This document shows positions 9,042-20,312 of a DNA stretch of 64,000 bases, piece after piece. The DNA lies in contig CM097885.1 of the NCBI GenBank assembly GCA_044892525.1, positions 30,072,001-30,136,000 on the forward strand, read 5' to 3'. The notes beneath the pieces are model-generated. The model searched no databases and was not told the DNA's origin. It saw only the letters and a list, made by a program, of their open reading frames with translations. Both the position numbers and the translations under genes were made by a program. Within the stretch, counting starts at the first letter, position 1. Every line of letters starts with the position of its first letter. The DNA comes from Schmidtea polychroa. Lineage: Eukaryota.

Positions 9042-9283
9042 AGTAGTGGATATAAGACCCACACCTGCGCGCCCGTACTGAGACTTGTGAACTTCCATTT
9101 CTTCTCCTATTTTCTCTATATTTTTTGGGTTTAAGGCTGAAAATGAGAGGGTATATGTTTTCAAAATAAAGGTAAAAAAGGATTAAAAGTGAAAAGAATT
9201 AGGGCCTTTTTTACCATAAAATAAGGGGTTGAATGGCCACTGATCAGAGGGGGTGTGCGGGTGTGGGTCTTATATCCACTACT
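9042..9283. repeat. Polinton terminus with 33-bp inverted repeat (9042-9074 / 9251-9283)
   Basis: AGTAGTGGATATAAGACCCACACC at 9042 is the exact reverse complement of the last 24 nt before 9283. The match extends to 33 nt with 3 mismatches. Confidence 0.95.
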
Positions 9284-12200
9284 GGCCAAGGACCAAATTT
9301 AAAGCCGTTCAGAGTATATTGCGTAATTCAAGACAATGTGTTAGTTATTACGCAATATACATTACTATTTAAGATTGATCACTCTGTGTTAATATTAATA
9401 AATCTTTAGATGGAACCAATTGTTGTAACTGGCGACCACGCCGAAAATGTTCACACAATGACGACTCGAGGAGAAGGGGAAAAGTCTGCAAGAGACGCGC
9501 TACCGAAACTTGCACAAGAACTCTTGGATATGGAAATTAGAAGATACGACGGCAGATGTACCAAGGAAGCTGAAAAATGGATACAGGCAATTGATGATTG
9601 GATCGCTAGGAATGATTTGAAGAGGACAGAAGCATTCGATTTTCTTCTTTGCGATGAAGCGGCTACACTGTGGAAAAATTTCAAAACAGAAAAAACAACA
9701 GTTAAAGCTGCTAAAGAATGGTTTTCCGAAACATTTACAATTAAATTGACTATTATAGACAAGATTAAAGAACTTGCTGCAATTAGACAAGAAGAAAATG
9801 AGAGATATTCAACCTTCGAAATCAGGGTATTGAAATTAGTGAGTGAAGTTATTAATTCAGGAATGAGGGTAGAGGAGATTGCCAATGAAATTATAACTGG
9901 ACGCGTCAGAGACAGAAGATTAAAGGATGCTCTAACAATGAAACCATCGATGACGGCAGAAGAACGAAATCAACTGGCCAAAATTTACGAAAAAGTGGAA
10001 TCAAAAGAAAAGGCGGAAGAAATTATGGTAATAAAGAAGAGTAGTTACGCGGAAGCAACAAGGAGAAGGAATTCAGAAACGTTTACAAGAGAAACAAATG
10101 GAAGTAACACCAATATATTAAGAAGCCAAGGAAATTACAGAAGAGAGAATTTACATGATAATTCGTATAACAGAAATAACGAAATGAATCATGCAGTCGA
10201 ACGGAATGTGCAGAGAAGGACACCAACGGTTTCGCTTAAACACATTGCCAAGAGATTATACAATCGATCTAGAGGCCTTCCTGATCCAAGAAACGGCGAA
10301 TTACAGTCAGGCCAATGCTTTTGCTGTGGAGAATATGGACACAGAAGATATGAATGTCCACTAAAAGATAAATGTTTGATGTGGTAAGGGAGGGCATAAT
10401 TTTCGTGATTGTTATTTATTAAGAAAGAAAGAACAACAAAACTATGAGAACAAGAAAATGATAGCTTGTGTGCATGACGAAGAAAACGGAAGAAATTACT
10501 CGGATGATGCAGAAACAAGAGAATCAATTATCCATGATGTGGAAACTGAAAAAAAACACGAGGAACTCTATAGCATACATTTTGTCAATGGGGTTGTAAA
10601 GGAAGAAAATCGGAATGACAGAACAGAGAGAATGAGGTATGCGACATTAGATGGAAGAGAATGGAGCAAGATGATGATAAATGATGTTGAGATTGAGATG
10701 TTGTGGGATTCTGGAGCTTCAATTACAGTGATGAATGAGGAAACATGGAATAAAATTGGCAGTCCACGTTTAAGCAGCAGTGAATTCAAAATATGTGAAG
10801 TTTTTCCAGGAACTCAAAAACCACAGGGATGTACTGAAGTAAATGTTTATTGGCACAATAAGATGAGGACTCTCAAAATAATTGTTATCAAAAATATATT
10901 TCCAGGTTTTATTGGTGGGATAGATACTTTGAAAGCATTTGGAGTGCAGTTGATGGAAATTAACAATATCGAATTCGAGACAAAGATTAGCAATTATACT
11001 GATGACGAGAGAAGACAAAAAGCAAAAAAGGAATTGGGAAGAAATGAATTGCCAACAATTAACAAATTATTAGATGAATTCGGATCAATATTTATGGCAG
11101 CCAGATTTGATTTAGGATTCACAAGAATCGTAGAGCACGAAATTAAAACATCTCGGAATCCAACAATGCAATTTCCAAGACGACAACCGATGCATCTAGA
11201 ACAGAAAATTGAAGATATGATAAAAGAGTTAACAAAAGCTGGAGTTATAAGACGCTGTAAAAGTCCATGGAGCTCTCCATTGGTTGTAGTAGGAAAGAAA
11301 GACGGCTCAATTAGAATGTGCGTAGACTATCGAGAGTTGAATAAGATGACAGAAAGAGAATCTTTTCCTATGCCCAACATATCCCAATTACTCGATAACC
11401 TATCAGGATCTAAATTCTTTTCTTCTTTAGATCTTGGACAAGCATACTATCAGGTCACATTAGCAGAAGAAGCACAAGAAAAAACGGCTTTTAGTTCCAA
11501 AGAAGGTCAATTTTGTTTCAATCAACTTCCATTTGGATTATCAACATTTCAGCGATTAATGCACACGATGTTAGAGGGTATCTTGTTTAATGGAGCAATT
11601 ATTTATTTAGACGATATTCTGGTATATGGCAATGACCAGTCTGAACATGATGAGCGATTACGAGAAGTTTTCAAAAGAATAAAAAAACAGGACTAAGAAT
11701 AAATCCGGAGAAGTGCGATATTTATAAAACCAAATTAAAATTCCTTGGTCACACCGTCAGTGAAGATGGAATACAGACAAATTCAGGGAAGATCAAGTCA
11801 ATTACAGAAGCGACGAAACCACAGTGTGCTAAATAACTTCGATCTTTTCTAGGTTTGACAAATTACTATAGACGATTTGTCAAAGATTATGCTAAAATAG
11901 CAGCACCCCTACATGCAGCAGCGTCAAGTTGTGATAAAACAATCGAATGGTCAGAAAATTGTGAAAACAGTATTAAAACAACTTAAAGAAGCTTTAACAC
12001 AAGCACCTATTCTTGATTTTCCTCGTATAGACCGTAAATTTATATTGGATACTGATGCCAGTTTTGAAGCTATTGGAGCAGTGTTGAGTCAAATAAAGGA
12101 AGACGGTTCCGAAATAGTTATCGCATACGGTTCAATAAATCTGACGGCCCATGAAAAGAGATACTGCGTAACCAGGAAAGAGTTATTGGCATTGCATGAA

Positions 12201-13090
12201 TATGTTTTATATTTTAGACAGTATTTATACAGGAAAGAATTCGTGGCTCGAACAGATCACAAAGCTTTAGTATTTATGAACACGAATAAAAAAGCAATAA
12301 GTCCACAATTTCAGACATGGATGGCTAATCTATCGGAATACGATTTCCAATTGAAATACCGGAAAGGTGAAGAACATGCAAACGTAGATGGATTATCAAG
12401 GATCGAGGGTAGTTTATGTGCACAGTGTCAGACAGCACATGTACAACATAAACAAGAAAGGTCAAGAGTAAGATATATCAATTTGATACAAAAAACACAG
12501 ACAATGTTAGAAATTATGGAAGAACAGAAGAAAGATAAATTGTTCCAGGAAGTGATGGAAATTCTTAAGAATCAGATAGATTTTCGGAAGGAATCGTTTC
12601 TAAATAGATTTTTATTCAGATATAAAGATCGATTAAAGATATCGGATGATATGCTTGTATTGGAATCAGACAAAATAGATCTAGTGATAATCCCAAAAAG
12701 CTATCAATCTAAACTAGTGATTAAAATACATGAAGATTTATGTCACGTTGGAATTAAGAAACTGTTTCATTATTTGGAAGGGAATTTTTTCTGGTCGAAA
12801 ATGCAAGAAACCGTTAAAGAGATAGTAAAACGATGTGTCACATGTGCAAGACGGAAAATAGACCAAGGGAGGACAAAGGAAATTTTAATTCCACACGAAA
12901 GTTCTGAATTTCTAGAACAGATTGTGATGGATGTTGCTTTCATGGAGAGAACTTCAACCGACAAAAAGTATGTTATCGTTATTATTGATAGGTTTAGTAA
13001 ATTAGTAAGTTTAACGGCTACAGCAAACCAAGATGAAAAAAACAATTTAAAGACGCTAATGAACAATTGGATTTACAAATATGGTAAACC
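9284..13090 (+). mobile_element. Ty3/Gypsy LTR retrotransposon copy 1 (5' LTR remnant 9284-9430, PBS, gag, pol truncated in integrase)
   Basis: 9284-9430 matches the 3' LTR at 58421-58557. PBS TGGCGACCACG at 9430. Gag CCHC knuckle CFCCGEYGHRRYEC, protease LWDSGA, RT YLDD, RNase H DTDAS/TDHKAL, integrase HHCC and IDRFSK. Confidence 0.95.
9410..10387 (+). CDS. gag: Gypsy Gag (second zinc knuckle frameshifted)
   Basis: CX2CX4HX4C knuckle. A second knuckle CLMC(G)KGGHNFRDC is broken at ~10380. Confidence 0.85.
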   Translation: MEPIVVTGDHAENVHTMTTRGEGEKSARDALPKLAQELLDMEIRRYDGRCTKEAEKWIQAIDDWIARNDLKRTEAFDFLLCDEAATLWKNFKTEKTTVKAAKEWFSETFTIKLTIIDKIKELAAIRQEENERYSTFEIRVLKLVSEVINSGMRVEEIANEIITGRVRDRRLKDALTMKPSMTAEERNQLAKIYEKVESKEKAEEIMVIKKSSYAEATRRRNSETFTRETNGSNTNILRSQGNYRRENLHDNSYNRNNEMNHAVERNVQRRTPTVSLKHIAKRLYNRSRGLPDPRNGELQSGQCFCCGEYGHRRYECPLKDKCLMW

Positions 13091-13097
13091 ATCGTGA
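10458..13097 (+). pseudogene. pol: Gypsy Pol (PR-RT-RH-IN), frameshifted and 3'-truncated
   Basis: ORFs 10458-11696 and 11913-13097 carry PR/RT and RH/IN motifs. There is a frameshift at ~11690, a stop at ~11833 and a break at 13090. Confidence 0.9.
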
Positions 13098-14573
13098 GCG
13101 GAAGCAACTATGTCAGAATCAAAATCTTGTGCTTGGTCCTAGCGAATCATCAGCACAATAAGGCGCAACTCCTAGCTCGACCAATGCACGATTAACTGGG
13201 GTTATTAATTTTAAAATTTCCTCAGTTGCCAATACTAAACTACTCCATCTAGTCTTTATATCTAAGAACAAACTCAAACAATTTTAAAATTTCGCTTCTT
13301 AAAGATTATTTTCTAAAGAATTTTATAATTTTCCTCATTTCATCTATCGCAATTTTATTTGTTTTTGAAGCTCTATTATTTCTAGTTCTGAATGTAAAAA
13401 ATCCTCGTTTTCCAGTTCATCTATTATTTCATTAGATTCCGCTTGATTTTCATCATTTTCAAAAAATTCTATGACATCATCACTTTCGATAGCATCGACA
13501 TTACCAAGTTCATTATGTTTTGAGTAAAAGGTTTCAATGGCGGCTAAATGAAAAGCGTGCTTATAGCGTAATTGGCTTTCAGCTGATATGGTTTTGCCGT
13601 ATTTTACCATTACGTTTGCGCCATCGTGAGCGGAAGCAACTATGTCAGAATCAAAATCTTGTGCTTGGTCCTAGCGAATCATCAGCACAATTTTGAACAT
13701 TCCTTTTGGCCTGAGGTTTTTTTATCATGGCAGTTGTAGTTCCACCTTTAATTGATATCTTATTTGTGCATAATTCGACTTGACATTACGCAATTTCTAA
13801 AGATATTTTTTTGAAATAATCCCAAATTTTCGATTTGTTTGTTGCCATTCTGGATTTGAAAATATTTATAAAATATCACGATCAAAATAAAAGCAAACTT
13901 AATTTTTAATTATGTATATGTCGTAGGCAAATGGTAATTTTAGGAAAATAACATTTGGCTAGGCAAATGCCATTTGCCTGGTCAAATAGCTTTAGCTATT
14001 ATTTCATTTTGAAGCACATTTTTCTCGTAAAGATATACAATTTTCATGGGGAATATCACTTTGTTCAAAACTTATTGACGACACTTTTGTTAGTTCATTT
14101 CGAGTAAACCAATTTTTTAACACACACGTTAACACACCAATGCTATTTTCCTAGTCAAATGGAAATGAAATAATAGCTAAAGCTATTTGACCAGGCAAAT
14201 GTTATTTTCCTAAAATTACCATTTGCCTACGACATATACATAATTATTATTTTAATTAATAATTATACTTACGATGTATAACTTGTGTTCTGTGATGAGC
14301 GCGTTAAAGTGTAAAACATTTCATTGAATTAAATACAATTTCTTAAAATAAAAGAAAATCTTACAATTTGACTTGCTTAGTTAAGAAAAATCGAAAACAT
14401 TTAATATTAATATAGCAACCAATGTCAAAATTTCTGATATTTTTTGCTTGAAAAAAACATTTTATCTAAAATAACTACTCGGTTACTTGACGAAATTATC
14501 CGGTTAACGAATAATGACAAATACCTGAAAATAGACGAGTACTCGGTTACTCGATTATTGGTTTAGTCATCTA
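13089..14573 (-). mobile_element. Internally deleted hAT transposon (BED finger and DDE fragments)
   Basis: Minus strand reads MATNKSKIWDYFKK...C..IKGGTTTAM (BED finger, ~13848-13720) and DIVASAHDGANVMVKYG...HAFHLA (hAT second Asp/CxxH region). A candidate terminus TAGATGACT... lies near 14573, with AACCGAGTA subterminal repeats. Confidence 0.7.
13908..14245. mobile_element. MITE with ~80-bp terminal inverted repeats
   Basis: AATTATGTATATGTCGTAGGCAAATGGTAATTTTAGGAAAATAACATTTG...GGTCAAATAGCTTTAGCTATTATTTCA is mirrored at 14163-14245. Confidence 0.75.
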
Positions 14574-14889
14574 ATTATTATTCATTTAAATTAATAATAT
14601 TGATGGTATTATTCTACGAAACTCAGCGTAACCCAGTAGTTTCATCAAACCTCATTCTACGTGGTGCATTAGATAACTCCCTAGACTAGGATTTTAGGTC
14701 AATAGTGACGTTGTTACTATAAAGAGCGGTAATTTTAGTGACTACATATTTACCTTTGCCATGTTTGTGATGTTTCTTAGGTGAAAGAGAAAGGCAGTTT
14801 TGCCATTTTCGTAAATATTATGTCGTTAAGCCTAGGGTTATCAAATTCATTAGGTTGAAAGGCACTGAAAATAAGGATGTCACTCAACA

Positions 14890-15920
14890 CCCACAATTGG
14901 TCTACCAGGACCTTAGTCCACCGCATTTACCGATTTACACTTGAATAAGGAGAGTATAGACAAGACCGGATGTCAGTTTTCAATGACGAAAGAAAAGGAT
15001 GACCGATTGAAATTTCCGATGAGAAACGACAATTGTTGGTCTCTCTAAATGCAGAATCAGCATCAGTGAACTGACGAGACGTCTTCACGTGAGTTTTTTT
15101 GCCCCATGCTTTTATAAAGGATTTCGGCATCAGGAAACACTGCTCGCGCTTTGTTCCTAGATTCATTAGTGGTGAAATTGTTGCTAATCGCCTTGCTTAA
15201 TACAAATCCAACCTGATACTTTACGACAAATTTGATGGTGCTTTTCTTCAAGATATTGTGACTGAAGATGAGACTTCCAATAGCTTCTATGTTCCTGAGA
15301 GCAAGAGCGATTGCAAAGTGGCGAATCCCAAATAAATCAGTCTCTCAAAAGCTCCACAGCGGGACATCTCATTGACAGGTTACCATGCTAACTTTGTTCT
15401 GGAACATTCGCGGCATCATTAAACCGGAATTTCTGGATTTTAAAGCCACGATGAACTCTCAATATAATAGTGAACTCTTGTATGATGTGCTGAAGCGTCT
15501 GTGAAAGTCACCAAACATGCCTCTCTTGTTGCAGCATAACAACGCTTGAATTCATATTTCTCCACGACCCCAACAGAATAGTGTGGCTTCCCACTTGTGG
15601 CGCACCCTCCTTAAACAGGGATCTTGTTCCCAGTGATTTTGTGCCATTCCGTCATCTCAAATAACATCTGAAAGGCAACCATTTTCAATCTGCAGAGGAA
15701 CTAAAGGAGAAAGTGGAGAGTGTCTTTACTTCCATTGCTCCAAATTTCTTTGAAAATTAATTTGTGGAACTTCTTCGCTGGAAAAATGCTTGAAGAAAAA
15801 TGGCTTGTATATTAAAAAATGAGCTATTTTTGGAGTATGTAACTGTAATAAAAATTTGAACTTGATTTGACTTTTTATTCTTGCCGAGTTCAGAGATTTA
15901 CCACGTACGACTTGGATATC
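14890..15920 (+). mobile_element. Degenerate mariner (DD34D) transposon
   Basis: FLQDIVTEDET...YVPESK (~15243), LLLQHNNA*IH (~15522) and HPP...DLVPSDF (~15603), with multiple stops and frameshifts. Boundaries approximate. Confidence 0.8.
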
Positions 15921-16816
15921 TTATGCAATTAATACATTTTATTATAAATTTCTTATTACATCGTACAAGATTTGTATGTAATAGGCTTTGTCCGAACCTG
16001 AAGGATTTACATTTATTAAATATCTTGTAACAATTGGAGTTCTTTTCTATATATCCATTATTTTTACGTATAGTGATTAAAGATTAAAATATAAAACAAT
16101 AACAATTTTATATAAAGTAACAAAAATAAAATTATTTTAAAATGACATTTACAAGGGGTGTATCAATTTATTCCGAAATTTTCACATAGCATATTTTTTT
16201 AACTTCAGCGATGTTTTATTTAAGTTTACATTATATAATTTTTCCAATTAATTTCCAATTAATTTTGATTTTACCATTTTCTTAATAAATTATTAAATTT
16301 TTCCCATCTTCATTATAAAACTTAATTGTTTAAACTTCATGTAAGTTTATTTCCTTGAACAACAGTTTCTGATGTTTTATCTCCTGTACATGATTCCGCA
16401 TCATTCAAATATTCTTTATGTACCCGGGATACAACAAAACTGCAGAAGATTTTCGTTGTTATTACGTTTTAAAAGTTTGGATTTCGTATATTATGAAGCA
16501 TTTTGGATTATCGATTCTTTGTTGGACAGTAATTTAATTAAATTTATTGAAATTAATCATTGATTAATATTTAAAATTTTTAAATCATTTAAAAACAAAT
16601 GAAATTTTATAGATTAATAAGAAAAGAATAAATGAATTAAGAATATAGAACTAATTTTTATTAGAAAATAGAAATTATAAAAAATAAATATTTTTTATTT
16701 TGTTATTTTATTAAAAGCCAAAATGAATGATGAAAGTTGTTTAAATATTAGTCCGAAATAATACTTTAGAAAGTAAATATTTAAATATAAAATAATTTTT
16801 TAAATAAAATTGCATA

Positions 16817-18741
16817 ATGGGTGTCAAAGGGCTTATGACTTATATGTTAAATGACGGTTCTTCATTAAAACCTTGTAAATTAAGAAATACTAAAGTTATT
16901 ATTGATGGAAATAATTTATTGCATTCAATTCATCATGCACACAAATCAGTATGGGAATTTGGTGGCGAATATGAATCATTTGATAAATCTCTAAAGAAAT
17001 TTTTTCATAGATTACAAGAATGTGAATTAGAGCCATTTGTTGTGTTTGATGGTTGTTATGATGCTAAGGTAACTAATTCCATTATTTTATTAATATTTTT
17101 ACAAAAACCGCTAATGATACAATTTAGGGCAGTAAAATAAGAACAACTATATCTCGATTTAAAGATAGATTATTTACATGTTCCCAATTGAATAAGCAAT
17201 ACCCATCTAACGGGTATTTGTTGCCTATGTTAGCCGTATCAACAATGATATCAGTATTGGTGGAATTGAATATAATGTTTATAACTTGTCACGAGGAAGC
17301 CGACAAAGAAGCCGCTGCATTAGCTAATTTTTTCAATTGTCCTGTTATCAGTAATGACTCCGATTTCTTTATTTTCCCATTAAATTGTGGATTTATTCCG
17401 GTTGAAAGTTTAAATTTTATCCCCGTAAAAGAGATCTGTCAATGTTGTTCGAATTCTTCTCATTTCTATGTATCTTGTGCAATATTTCATCAGTCTAATT
17501 TCTATCTGAAATCATCAAACAACCTGCAAATCAATGTGAATTTTATGCCTTTATTTTCAACACTGATGGGAAATGATTTTATATCTGTGAATTTTTTCGA
17601 GAAAATCTTCCTCCAAAATTCCAATGGTCGTAAGAGCAAAAAGATGGGTAAAACCACATCGAAAGTTGCAATGTTGTTAAATTGGCTGATGGAATTCGAT
17701 ACTATCGACAGCGCCATTGACAGAGTCGTCCAGTCAGTGAAGGAGAGTCAAAGAATTTCAATGAAAAACTTTATCAAATCATCAGTGGAACAGTATAATA
17801 TCAACCAATCAAATTTAGTCGATTCAATTAAATCGAATTCTCCAGTGATTCCAAATGAAAGCAGTATATTTGCCAGCTTGCCGAATTTCATTAATATCCG
17901 ATTAAACCGATCGATTTTGTCGCCGATTCTCATTAATAGTCTAATATCAGAGAAAGTGTTCCTGCCTGCGTATGTTGAATCGATTAGTGACGATTCCATT
18001 CATTCGGTCTCTCGTGGGATTAGAAATCGATTTTATAGAGTTCTTATGGAATTGGCCAACAAATCATCGGGATCGATAGTCGAATATGCGAGAAAAGAAA
18101 AATCCATTTTTAAAACGCGAATTGCAATCGATGAAATCATCGGAAACGATTTGACCAATCCGCTGCTGGATTGGCTGAAAATCGATAATTCTTTCGGATT
18201 CATTGAGACGATGATTTTGTACTGGATAGATTCCTCGGCCAATAAGGAGACGAGTTGGAAATTCTATTCGATTCTAGCGGGAATCGCTGCAGTTTTCATT
18301 CAGTTGGCCTGGAAATCGGAACTGGAAATGGATCCCACCGGATCGGATTTCAAGAGGGAACAATACAACAGCCCGATTTACAAGTTCTTCAATCGTCCGA
18401 TTGTCAGTAACGTCAACAAGTTCCAAATTCGACTCGTTCATGGGTTCAATGAGTTGCAATCGGTTTATTTCTCATTGGTCCAATTGCTGAACTTGGATCC
18501 GGCATTTGATCCGGATCTTGTTCCATCGCCACAGAGTTTGTTCTGCGGGAAATTGAATTACAATCTTTGTGTGGATTTGAAAAAGCGAAAGAATTGTTGG
18601 AATTTTCTCTCTCAGTTGTTTGAATCGTTTCCGTGTTGCAAAGTGCGGGATCGATTTCTGGAAATTATCGATAAATCTCGAAAATTTTCTCCGGATTTTG
18701 ATTTGTTTCTGGGAAATTGTCAAAATGTGATAAATAAATAA
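16817..18741 (+). CDS. ASTE1: Asteroid homolog (XPG/PIN-domain nuclease family), 2 exons: 16817-17068 and 17128-18741, ~621 aa
   Basis: MGVKGL, VIIDGNNL, FGGEY, FVVFDG, EEADKEAAALA and CPVISNDSDFFIF. The 59-nt GT-AG intron has a CTAAT branch point and joins in phase 0. Confidence 0.9.
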
Positions 18742-18839
18742 TTTGAGTTTCTTTTATTGCTTTTGTTTGTTTTATGGGTTAAATTTCCAGCGCTACCGTA
18801 ACTAATGACGTATTGGCAGGTTTGACTGGGGAGGATTAA

Positions 18840-19130
18840 CCTCTTAACGGTTCCATTTCTCCGGGGAAAACGTTTCAAAAAAGGTCTTATTTTTTATTGT
18901 TAATAATGAAAGACTAAGTTATAAGGATGTTATCCATAAGAAAACTTCATGTGGCACTCTAATTGGCTGAAATTTATACTGGGCTTGTATAGACAGCGTA
19001 CAAATCCATATGGGATAATCAAAAACGAAACAAGCGCAGAATTCCATTTAAATGAAGCCTGCCCGTATATATACGGGATAATCCATGTTCAGTTTGCCCG
19101 TATATATATACGGGTTAAACCGTTAAGAGG
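18840..19130. mobile_element. piggyBac-like MITE
   Basis: TTAA on both flanks. TIR CCTCTTAACGGTT / AACCGTTAAGAGG. Confidence 0.85.
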
Positions 19131-19258
19131 TTAATAAGCCCGTAACCCTATCTAAAATTAGCGAAAGGATATTTAATTTTTAGGTTGTGTCTAGTCGATC
19201 TGCCTAACAATTTAGTGCGTTCCTGTGGTAACGCTTTGAAGACATCATTTACACACTA

Positions 19259-20312
19259 CAGCAAAGCGCATTTGATTATCATTAATGAGACATTGATTTA
19301 GCAATGTCAATTGAGCTTTGTTTTGGTTTTAGTTATATATTAAGTTTTTATGTAAGTAAGATATTTATTTAGATATACATTAAATTTTTCATAGTTCACC
19401 TAAAATATCCAGTTTCTTCAAGCATTTGGGGAAGAATCTTTAACATGACTATTCAAATGATTATATGATTACTATAATCTGGTTTTTGAAGTTCCTCGTT
19501 AACTGCTTGGGATATTGCAGTAAATTATTCATTGAAGGTAAGTCTGTCTGCTAAATCCATCAGCCGAGGAAACTTTAGTCCTTACCCCATTTTTAATTTT
19601 GCTGAACACACTTTCGTTGGGGTTCAAAAATGGATTATATGGCAACTTTTCAATTTGATTATTAAATGAAGATATATTATTGTGGATGGATGCATTATCG
19701 TGGATCAAAATGAATCAAGAGCTATAGTTTCACATTCAATTCGGTTAAAAATGACTGATATGATTCCTTTTTATAAAAGCCAATAATAATTTTTGTATGG
19801 ATTGGCTCATCTTTGGATATTGCCAAAACTAGAGAAATATTGGGACCTCGATTGGTTGGCATATTGCTATAAGTTCGATTGCCTACTTGTGATCAACCGA
19901 ATCTCTTGTTCGTCCATGTATTGAAAGAGCATTCATCTATGAAGTTCTTGAAATGGAATAGTCGATTCTGATGAAGTTTCTGACACATCCTCCTTCATTT
20001 TTTATAATTAATTAATTTTAAATTGAAAATTTTTAGCTAATTAAATGTCCGTATGCAAAATCAATGTTCTGTTGTTGTGTATTTTTTCATTTATAGAAAT
20101 TTTGTGAATAGTGTTTGTGTGTATTTATTTATTTTTCTTCCAACAGCGATTTCTTCTATCTTTCACTAGTGTAATTGCCAATTTAATGTCACCATGCTAA
20201 TTCAATGTCACTTCTGGCTACTACACACACACTTACTTATAGGTAAGTTAATATTTATATTATAAAAAGCCAAATCAATGTCCATTCGATGATGATCAAT
20301 TGGCGATTGGTG
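19259..20312 (-). mobile_element. Degenerate IS630/Tc1-type DNA transposon
   Basis: Minus strand IDECSFN...NRGPNISLVLAIS, IHDNASIH and PYNPFLNPNESVFSKIK. Imperfect ~45-bp TIRs flanked by TA. Confidence 0.8.

Larger units (their letters stand above)
1..9283. mobile_element. Polinton/Maverick (adintovirus-like) endogenous virus, right portion
   Basis: Intronless, tightly packed ORFs including pPolB, adenain-type protease and minor capsid. Ends in ...TATATCCACTACT at 9283 (5'-AGTAGT on the minus strand), the typical Polinton terminus, followed directly by unrelated LTR sequence. MCP, ATPase and integrase are not seen in the window. Confidence 0.95.

Noticed and set aside
8964..9164. 66-aa ORF across the Polinton terminal repeat
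   Set aside because: Non-ATG start, no motifs, and it overlaps cis-acting repeats.
9042..9283. Independent MITE inserted next to polB
   Set aside because: There is no target-site duplication, and the flanks are different sequences (Polinton interior vs Gypsy LTR).
18821..18831. TTTGACTGGGG, resembling an LSU rRNA motif
   Set aside because: Only 11 nt match and the flanks are not rRNA-like.
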